Positions 47,415-53,530 of a DNA stretch of 53,530 nucleotides are shown here, in pieces. The notes beneath the pieces are model-generated. The model worked only from the letters and a program-made list of their open reading frames with translations. It searched no databases and was not told where the DNA came from. Position numbers and translations under genes: made by a program. This DNA comes from a virus (lineage: Duplodnaviria; Caudoviricetes): IMG/VR virus record IMGVR_UViG_3300035670_000278, positions 1 to 53,530 of that record; one strand, 5' to 3'. Each line of letters starts with the position of its first letter. Within the stretch, counting starts at the first letter, position 1.

Positions 47415-47588
47415 ATGTATCAAATGTCATGGGAAAGAAACTCACAAGAATATAAATATGAAAGTATTCAATATGAAGATGATGTAGCGGAATACTTTGA
47501 TGAAGAACCGCTTGAAATATCTCTAGAGGAAATGCTAGAATTAGAAGATGAAGAAATTGAATTTGAAGAACTTATGGAGGCGATATAA
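47415..47588 (+). CDS. 57-aa highly acidic protein
   Basis: 22 D/E versus 2 K/R; abuts both neighbours. Confidence 0.65.
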   Translation: MYQMSWERNSQEYKYESIQYEDDVAEYFDEEPLEISLEEMLELEDEEIEFEELMEAI

Positions 47589-47589
47589 A

Positions 47590-47685
47590 ATGAAAAATTG
47601 CTCTATCTGCTACGGAAGAAAAGTCGTGTATATCGGTGATAGACATGATTACACAATAGAACCATGCGAAAGATGCGCTAAATGA
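47590..47685 (+). CDS. 31-aa CxxC...CxxC peptide
   Basis: GGAGG SD; MKNCSICYG...IEPCERC. Confidence 0.6.
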   Translation: MKNCSICYGRKVVYIGDRHDYTIEPCERCAK

Positions 47686-47768
47686 TTTGGCAATTTCTTC
47701 AGACCGCCTCCCTCCTTGCGCTATGCGTAGGGCTAGGCTTTTGTGTGGCGTATCTCATAATAAATTAA
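47682..47768 (+). CDS. 28-aa membrane peptide
   Basis: MIWQFLQTASLLALCVGLGFCVAYLIIN; ATGA overlap. Confidence 0.45.
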   Translation: MIWQFLQTASLLALCVGLGFCVAYLIIN

Positions 47769-47971
47769 CGGCGTGTTGGCTTGACAAAAGCTGATCGGCC
47801 CCCACGCTTTTGCGGGCCCGATTTGTACCATTATGTCCGATTTTAAAAACCCCTGAAAAATGTGAGATTTATCACAAAACGAAATGTCCGATTTGTACGC
47901 ATACTGGTCAGTAGAATGTCAGACCCCCCTGCTAGAATACTTGTATTAAATTAAATGAAAGGTAGGTCAAA

Positions 47972-48160
47972 ATGACTACACTAAATAAAATCCGAGAGAT
48001 TACTCTCGAAAATGTAAGTGCCGATGAGGCAAATCTAATTGTCTGCGTTTTTTGCTCAGACTACGCAGGAAATGTTTTCTGCGGAAATTGTAATGAGTAT
48101 AAAGGAATAATGACTCTTGGCGAGTGGTTATCCTATACCCAAGAAAGTTGGGTGATGTAA
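47972..48160 (+). CDS. Zn-binding-like hypothetical protein
   Basis: CVFC...CGNC; GAAAGGTAGG SD. Confidence 0.7.
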   Translation: MTTLNKIREITLENVSADEANLIVCVFCSDYAGNVFCGNCNEYKGIMTLGEWLSYTQESWVM

Positions 48161-48162
48161 TA

Positions 48163-48372
48163 ATGTCTATTGAAATTTTTGAAATGAATTCTAATGGTGC
48201 TGGTTGGGTATCATTAGAAAATGCTTCTGATGAAACTAAACTAGATTTAGAATTAGCAATAATTACTAATGCTGAAGTAAAAATGTTATGCTTCAAATGC
48301 CATGTTGAAATTCCTCGTGGTAATGTTTGCGTAAATCATAAAAATGTAAAGGGTGGTATTTATCTTGACTAA
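48163..48372 (+). CDS. Hypothetical protein (CxxC...CxxH)
   Basis: ATG 48163 after GGTGA SD. Confidence 0.65.
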   Translation: MSIEIFEMNSNGAGWVSLENASDETKLDLELAIITNAEVKMLCFKCHVEIPRGNVCVNHKNVKGGIYLD

Positions 48373-48508
48373 AGAATATATTTTTGGAACTTACCTAACA
48401 ATAAATGCTGAAAATGAAAATGAAGCAATTTATGCTTATGATCAAATAACTAAAAATAATATTTGGATTTCTGACTCTTATTGTTTTGAATGGCAAGAAG
48501 CAGAATAA
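48365..48508 (+). CDS. 47-aa hypothetical protein
   Basis: TTG start after GGTGG; fills the gap before a hairpin. Confidence 0.5.
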   Translation: MTKEYIFGTYLTINAENENEAIYAYDQITKNNIWISDSYCFEWQEAE

Positions 48509-48732
48509 AAAATAATAGTTGAAATTTCAATAACGCCCGCAGCTTTGCTGTGGGCCCGAAATGTCCGATTTATGAAGATCACGAAAAACGCCCTAAAAAT
48601 TTTCGACACGCCCGAAATTTTGTGATTTTTATCACACGATTTGAGCGTCTCATTATTTGGAATTACTGGCGAGTAAGTAGAAAAATGTCAGACCGCTAGG
48701 CTATAATAGCGACATAACGAAAGGAAAACTAA

Positions 48733-48933
48733 ATGTCAGCAAATGTCTATTCAATTGAAAACCTACTTGTAGGAAAAACTTATCGCTCAAAAACTTTGAC
48801 GGGCGAAATTATCTCTGCCGAAATTCACCCAAAAGGTATTTGGTATGAGGGTTGCGAAAGTTATCTTGTAGAAATTCGCAATTCTAACGGCGGTTATTCT
48901 TACCGCACAATTGCCGTAAAGGTTGGTGAATAA
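48733..48933 (+). CDS. Hypothetical protein (SH3-like pattern)
   Basis: GAAAGGA SD; LVGKTY...TGEI; resembles 52525..52680. Confidence 0.7.
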   Translation: MSANVYSIENLLVGKTYRSKTLTGEIISAEIHPKGIWYEGCESYLVEIRNSNGGYSYRTIAVKVGE

Positions 48934-49062
48934 ATGAATTTAGATGAATTCAGAAATTATGTAAAGGCTGAGCGTGAAGCAACACGCCAGCAAAACCTAT
49001 CCGCTATTTTGTCGGTGGCTTCTGCTACAATTACCAACAACAACGAACGAAAGGAAAACTAA
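48934..49062 (+). CDS. 42-aa hypothetical protein (contains an internal promoter)
   Basis: MNLDEFRNYVKAERE... Confidence 0.5.
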   Translation: MNLDEFRNYVKAEREATRQQNLSAILSVASATITNNNERKEN

Positions 49063-49064
49063 AA

Positions 49065-49226
49065 ATGAAACTAATCAAAACGATTGACTTTGATTGCTCT
49101 GCTTGTCATGGAAAGGGTTATCTCTACTATGGCGGTGCTGAGGATTGGAACATTGAAACTTGCGATTGTAATCTCAATGATGAATTGTTTGACGGCTCTC
49201 TATTCACAGAAGGAGAAGCGGAATAA
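49065..49226 (+). CDS. 53-aa Zn-finger-like protein
   Basis: CSACHGKG...IETCDC; similar to 47590..47685; GAAAGGA SD. Confidence 0.6.
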   Translation: MKLIKTIDFDCSACHGKGYLYYGGAEDWNIETCDCNLNDELFDGSLFTEGEAE

Positions 49227-49432
49227 TGTATAAAATTACTTGCGCCTATGATGAGCAACCTGCTCATTGGACACAACAGATTTCTGATGAGTTAGAGGCT
49301 CATAAAGAATTTGCTAAATTTATAGATTGGGGATTTGCTGACGAATACGCAACAGTAAATCTCTACACACCTAGCGGAAAATGCTATACAAAAATTTTCT
49401 ATCGTGAAGGTAGAAGGGTGGTAGAAAAATAA
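49226..49432 (+). CDS. Hypothetical protein
   Basis: 68 aa; TAATG coupling. Confidence 0.7.
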   Translation: MYKITCAYDEQPAHWTQQISDELEAHKEFAKFIDWGFADEYATVNLYTPSGKCYTKIFYREGRRVVEK

Positions 49433-49623
49433 TGATGACCCGAAAAGATTATATTTCTACTGCTGAAATTTTGCGCTATGTTTCAGATAAAACTCACCCA
49501 GCCGTTTTTTCTAAAATGGTAAATGATTTTGCTGAAATGTTCGCAAAAGACAATCCCCGATTTGATGTAAAAAGATTTCACGAAGCGAGCAATTATCGTG
49601 TTCCAAAATTTACCTCGAATTAG
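49432..49623 (+). CDS. Hypothetical protein
   Basis: MTRKDY...A......FA..F..DNPRFD..RF..A, a pattern typical of small phage proteins. Confidence 0.72.
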   Translation: MMTRKDYISTAEILRYVSDKTHPAVFSKMVNDFAEMFAKDNPRFDVKRFHEASNYRVPKFTSN

Positions 49624-49729
49624 AAAGGTTTTGGAATTGCGCCGTAGTAATGCGGCGCAACCAATTCCATCTAAGAAAAAATATAAAAGAAAACAAAAAC
49701 ATAAACGGCGTTTTGATTTGACAGAATAG
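49598..49729 (+). CDS. 43-aa basic peptide
   Basis: ELRRSNAAQPIPSKKKYKRKQKHK; GTG start uncertain. Confidence 0.5.
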   Translation: MFQNLPRIRKVLELRRSNAAQPIPSKKKYKRKQKHKRRFDLTE

Positions 49730-49868
49730 ATCGATGCCCGCATGTACGTGTGGGGGCTTTTTGTCAATTACGAACACTGTGATTTTTCCCACAAAATTTT
49801 GCGGAAAATTGTAAATGTCGGCGGCCTTTGCTATAATGTCAGCCTAAACCTAACGAAAGGAAAAACAA

Positions 49869-50366
49869 ATGGGATTAGATATGTATTTATCAGCTCGCAA
49901 GCATGTTGAAAAAACTGACTGGAGCAAATTAGATCGTGAGAATGGTATCTCTTATGCTGAGGCTACCTTCCCACAATTCAATGATGTAGTAGAGGCTGCT
50001 GGTGTTGCTACTCTTGTCGATAAGGATAGTATCTATGGCGTAGATGTATCCGTCAATGTTGCTTATTGGCGTAAGTCTAATCAAATACATAATTGGTTCG
50101 TGATTAATGTTCAGCGTGGGGAAGATGACTGCGGTGAATACTATGTGTCTAATGAAAAGATAAAGGAATTATTGGAAACCTGCCGTCAAGCGTTATTCAA
50201 TAAAGACCCTAATCTGCTACCGCCACGAGAGGGATTTTTCTTTGGCTCTACTGATGTCGATGAATGGTATTGGCAGGACATAAAAGATACCATCAAGCAA
50301 CTAAAACGCTTGACCGAATTGCCCGATTTTGACCGTTTATCGTTCTACTATCAGTCCTCTTGGTGA
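49869..50366 (+). CDS. Conserved phage hypothetical protein
   Basis: MGLDMYL...YWRK.NQIH.WF...DDC...GFFFGS...YYQSSW. Confidence 0.8.
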   Translation: MGLDMYLSARKHVEKTDWSKLDRENGISYAEATFPQFNDVVEAAGVATLVDKDSIYGVDVSVNVAYWRKSNQIHNWFVINVQRGEDDCGEYYVSNEKIKELLETCRQALFNKDPNLLPPREGFFFGSTDVDEWYWQDIKDTIKQLKRLTELPDFDRLSFYYQSSW

Positions 50367-50415
50367 TGTCGGTGGGGTAGGCTATAATCTACCCCATAAC
50401 GAAAGGAATTAATTA

Positions 50416-51132
50416 ATGTTAAAACGCTCTAAAGATAGAAAGGTCGCTAATGCCGTCTCCCCTAATGGAAAAACCCCAACAATTGCCAACACTTTTGGAT
50501 TGCCTGCTGGAAAGGCTTTCTCGTGCCCTGGTGCCACAAGTATTTGTGAAAGCGTATGCTATGCAGGAAAACTCGAAAAAGTCTACAAGGGAGTAAAAGC
50601 CGTACTCTTACACAATTGGGAATTACTTAAGAATGCGGACCATGACACCATGGTGCAATTAATTAATGACATGATTGTGGAATTTAAAGCGGAATGCGAT
50701 AAGCGGTCTGCAGATAAACTCTTCCGCATACACTGGGACGGAGATTTCTTTAACGATACTTATGCATATGCATGGAAGACCGTAATCGAAAAGCATTCCG
50801 ATGTTCAATTTTGGGTATATACTCGTGTCTCTTCTGCTGCCGTCATTCTAAAAGATATCTCTAACCTATCTCTTTATTATTCTACGGATGATGAGAATAA
50901 ACAGATTGCTGCCGAATTACGCAATGAGCATGGTACACGCCTTGCATATCTAGGAAAGACTTTTGCAGTCACCGAAAGCGTAATGAAAGAATTAACGGGC
51001 AAGCCTGGTGCTAAATGTCCTGAGAATAATAAATCTATTCCGCTAATCTCTACTAAGGGTAGCGCATGCGTGTCATGTGGGCTCTGCGTATTTAATAAAG
51101 CAGACATTCGATTTTCTGCGAGTAAAAAATAA
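50416..51132 (+). CDS. GP88-like Cys-rich protein
   Basis: F.LPAG..FSCPGA...C...CYA, FRIHW.GDF, FWVYTR, CP...C..C..C. Confidence 0.7.
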   Translation: MLKRSKDRKVANAVSPNGKTPTIANTFGLPAGKAFSCPGATSICESVCYAGKLEKVYKGVKAVLLHNWELLKNADHDTMVQLINDMIVEFKAECDKRSADKLFRIHWDGDFFNDTYAYAWKTVIEKHSDVQFWVYTRVSSAAVILKDISNLSLYYSTDDENKQIAAELRNEHGTRLAYLGKTFAVTESVMKELTGKPGAKCPENNKSIPLISTKGSACVSCGLCVFNKADIRFSASKK

Positions 51133-51317
51133 TGGCCTCTAATATTTTCACAAAACAAATTGCAGAATATTTAGAGGTCCCCTTAGATAAAGCGGAAGAG
51201 ATCCAAAATATTATCGATCAATATTTTTATTTAGATTGGTCGGAGGCTGATGATTTTGAAATGCGGGCCGCATTCCTTGCAGCTTATGAATTTTATAAAA
51301 TGCAGCTAAAGCTATAA
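51132..51317 (+). CDS. Hypothetical protein
   Basis: 61 aa, acidic; TAATG coupling. Confidence 0.62.
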   Translation: MASNIFTKQIAEYLEVPLDKAEEIQNIIDQYFYLDWSEADDFEMRAAFLAAYEFYKMQLKL

Positions 51318-51477
51318 AAGGCCCGCACAACTGTGGGGGCCCAAAGCGCTTTACGTCAAGTTGAAAATACGCCTGAAATTTGTGAGATCTATCACAAAGA
51401 CACGCCGATGCTCAAATTGTAAATGTCAGTAGTCTAATGTATAATTCCTAGCCTAACGACAAACGAAAGGAAAATAA

Positions 51478-51732
51478 ATGTCTTTAGATACAACTAACTG
51501 GGTGAAATACCCGTTTTCCGTTGATGGCGTGGATTTTGTATCCTTGCTTGACCCTAATGGAAGTTTTGCTCCGCAAATAGCACGACTACCTGAAGGTGTT
51601 TTTGCTAATGAGAATGCTCAGATGGTAGCCGAACTTATCGGTAATCCTGCCAAATTTACTCGTAATGAGTTAGAGGCAGAATTAGCCCGTGTCAATGATG
51701 GCGCTACGCAGGCTCTCTTAGCCTTAGCCTAA
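51478..51732 (+). CDS. Hypothetical protein
   Basis: GAAAGGA SD after promoter. Confidence 0.7.
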   Translation: MSLDTTNWVKYPFSVDGVDFVSLLDPNGSFAPQIARLPEGVFANENAQMVAELIGNPAKFTRNELEAELARVNDGATQALLALA

Positions 51733-51787
51733 AAATGTCGGTGGGCTAGTGTATAATCTAGCCCACTAACAACAACGAAAGGAAAAA

Positions 51788-52063
51788 ATGATAGCAACTG
51801 CTACTGCTCTTATTCAGGCAACTGAAAAAGCAATTATGGAAGATGACTCAATGGGTCTTGCCCAATTTATTACACACGAAAGAAATAATCTATCCCAAGA
51901 TGATTTTGCTAAAGCCATGTTCATGTATGCGACAATGATAGCGTCTAACGCCGTAGATAGCGTGACTAAAACACTACTAACTAAAGACCAATTCCAAGAA
52001 CTTATGGCTACTATTGACGAAATGGAAGAACTAAGAAACGAGGTATTATCAGATGGGGAGTAA
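51788..52063 (+). CDS. Hypothetical helical protein
   Basis: GAAAGGA SD after promoter. Confidence 0.7.
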   Translation: MIATATALIQATEKAIMEDDSMGLAQFITHERNNLSQDDFAKAMFMYATMIASNAVDSVTKTLLTKDQFQELMATIDEMEELRNEVLSDGE

Positions 52064-52334
52064 TTTTGCTACCGATTTAGCCAACTATGATTTAGGATTA
52101 GATTTATCTACTGCTATCTCAATACACCTATCCGCTAATCATTACCCGCCCGTTCCTCAAAGCATGGTGCTACCTTGTATTGAGGCACTTGAGGCTTATC
52201 ACGAATTAGATAATGATAGAGAAATTGCTATGCCCGAAGGCGTATCCTACAAAGGCAGGAATACCGCACCCGCATGGGCTATTATTGAACAACACCACCT
52301 AGAGGCGTGGCTCTACAATGACGAGGAGGAATAA
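52053..52334 (+). CDS. Hypothetical protein
   Basis: HL.ANHYPPVP...HHL.AW; GAGG SD. Confidence 0.72.
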   Translation: MGSNFATDLANYDLGLDLSTAISIHLSANHYPPVPQSMVLPCIEALEAYHELDNDREIAMPEGVSYKGRNTAPAWAIIEQHHLEAWLYNDEEE

Positions 52335-52471
52335 TGGCTAAAGTAAAAGAGCTATGGTCGTCAAGCCTAACTAGCGACATGGTATCAGATCTAGACGAAG
52401 ATACCATAGCCGATTTAGTAGAGGCTCTAAATGACGCAGTAATGCTTACCTGCCAAGACTACGGGGTATAA
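52334..52471 (+). CDS. 45-aa acidic hypothetical protein
   Basis: GGAGGA SD; MAKVKELWSS...CQDYGV. Confidence 0.6.
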   Translation: MAKVKELWSSSLTSDMVSDLDEDTIADLVEALNDAVMLTCQDYGV

Positions 52472-52524
52472 ATGTCGGTGGGCTATGATAAGATAGCCCT
52501 TCAACAACTAACGAAAGGAAAAAA

Positions 52525-52680
52525 ATGGCTACAACGCTAGAAGTAGGACAGACCTACACAACCACTCAAAGTGGTATCACAGGAATAATCAAGGCAGTAG
52601 ATAATCACCCTTCAGGTGTAAATCGTATTCTCCTTGATGTCAATGGCAAGGAACGCTGGACAAGCGCAACTGCTAAATAA
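52525..52680 (+). CDS. 51-aa hypothetical protein (SH3-like pattern)
   Basis: GAAAGGA SD; LEVGQTYTT..SGITGII....RILLDV.G.ERWT. Confidence 0.65.
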   Translation: MATTLEVGQTYTTTQSGITGIIKAVDNHPSGVNRILLDVNGKERWTSATAK

Positions 52681-52753
52681 ATAAAAGTAATGGGCTACTG
52701 CTTGTCAGTAGCCCATGCTACAATTCTCGCTCATAACTAACGAAAGGAAAATA

Positions 52754-53173
52754 ATGTCAAGAGGCAAAGCGATAAATGTCAAGATTGCTACAACCAAAGT
52801 AATCAAGGCACTAGAAACTAAATTGGCTCAAATCCAAAAGGATAAGGCTAACCAAGCAAATAACGAGGCTAAGTTCAAGAAACTTACTGATAAGCATAAC
52901 AAGGAAGTAGCGAAACTTGCGGTATCTGCTATTGCGAAAGCAACAGACCTATCTGCTCACACTCGCTACAATGGCGAAATCGCAGTATCTTTCAATCTCC
53001 CTGCTGGAAGTATTGAATTACCTGATGAACCTCAAAAAGACTACGAGTCTTACCACGATTGGCAGTATCGTGAGATGATAGAGGAAATTGAGAACGCAAT
53101 TCGTATTCTCAAGATGACAGATGAGGAAGTAGTTAGCACCTCAACTTACAACGCTATCGCTCGTTATCTATAA
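52754..53173 (+). CDS. Hypothetical coiled-coil protein
   Basis: ATG 52754 after GAAAGGA SD; track start 52715 lies in the promoter. Confidence 0.75.
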   Translation: MSRGKAINVKIATTKVIKALETKLAQIQKDKANQANNEAKFKKLTDKHNKEVAKLAVSAIAKATDLSAHTRYNGEIAVSFNLPAGSIELPDEPQKDYESYHDWQYREMIEEIENAIRILKMTDEEVVSTSTYNAIARYL

Positions 53174-53244
53174 AAGATTGGGGGCTAGACAAAAATCTAG
53201 CCCCCATGCTATAATTCTCTCTCCTACTAACAGAAAGTAAATAA

Positions 53245-53469
53245 ATGGAAATAGATATTTTTGAGGTAGAATACTCAGTATCTCCTGGCGGTGTTGATTG
53301 TTGGGAAGCAGAAGTCAGAGGTTATGGTCAAACCACAAACTATTCTGAATATAAAACTGCTGGCGAAGCCCTAAATCATATGCTATCGCTCTATGGCGAC
53401 AACGAACTAAATGTAAATGTAATAAGCCTAACCGCTTATGCTAAATTAGAAGAAGGTGCGTATGCGTAA
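53245..53469 (+). CDS. Hypothetical protein
   Basis: 74 aa, downstream of a TAGACA-N18-TATAAT promoter. Confidence 0.68.
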   Translation: MEIDIFEVEYSVSPGGVDCWEAEVRGYGQTTNYSEYKTAGEALNHMLSLYGDNELNVNVISLTAYAKLEEGAYA

Positions 53470-53530
53470 TCGTTATCGTGTTGAGATTTATGATGAAGAC
53501 AAGAATAATGACATCACATTCTTTTCTGAA
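53462..53530 (+). CDS. Hypothetical protein (truncated at window end)
   Basis: MRNRYRVEIYDE...; AAGGTG SD. Confidence 0.55.
   Translation, partial: MRNRYRVEIYDEDKNNDITFFSE

Larger units (their letters stand above)
46674..51396. promoter_or_regulatory. Seven CRP/GlxR-type boxes TGTGA-N6-TCACA
   Basis: Perfect at 46674-89, 46700-15, 47077-92, 47861-76, 48621-36, 51381-96; one mismatch at 49778-93. Confidence 0.75.
46750..52724 (+). promoter_or_regulatory. Eleven TGTCRG-N10-TANNNT (RecA-NDp/PafBC-type) promoters
   Basis: TGTCRG at 46750, 47121, 47917, 48686, 49010, 49816, 50367, 51424, 51736, 52473, 52703, each exactly 10 nt before a -10 hexamer (46750 has the variant TTGAAT). Confidence 0.8.

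Noticed and set aside
47902-48675. TACTGG-N2-AGTA palindrome-like sites (47902, 48664) before two promoters
   Set aside because: Only two copies; too few to call an operator, though worth including in a motif search.
48000-51158. Minus-strand ORFs in the early region (48000..48296, 49483..49767, 49610..49792, 50877..51158)
   Set aside because: Antisense to tightly packed plus-strand genes with strong SDs.
46600-53530. LexA/SOS boxes controlling early genes
   Set aside because: I noticed no TCGAAC-N4-GTTCGA-like sites in the intergenic blocks; the repeated motif fits the LexA-independent type.

Overview
A 53.5-kb internal piece of an AT-rich tailed phage (siphovirus-like) genome. The host is most likely an actinobacterium: an inference from gene order and protein similarity to large Streptomyces-type and freshwater actinophages, many leaderless genes, GAAAGGA ribosome-binding sites and an actinobacterial promoter motif. 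About 1-42.8 kb is a mostly minus-strand virion module. It holds tape measure (truncated), a -1 frameshifted tail chaperone, tail tube, head-tail genes, major capsid, protease and portal. It also holds two duplicated fibre/adaptor/tip modules, AT-rich cassettes of dUTPase-fold-like paralogs, and a PASTA-(YHAP)21-Cys protein next to a hydroxyproline-GlcNAc-transferase-like gene. A holin-like gene, class II RNR and a GT4 close this block. About 42.9-46.5 kb holds a lysozyme-like gene, a candidate small RNA, tRNA-Thr(UGU) and three HNH/EndoVII nucleases. From 46.6 kb is a plus-strand array of tiny early-type genes. The standout signal is that eleven promoters here match the RecA-NDp/PafBC motif (TGTCRG-N10-TANNNT; ten exact, one with a variant -10). 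They are combined with six perfect CRP boxes and other repeated sites, suggesting early transcription is wired to the host LexA-independent DNA-damage activator and cAMP. All assignments are by eye; no searches were run.
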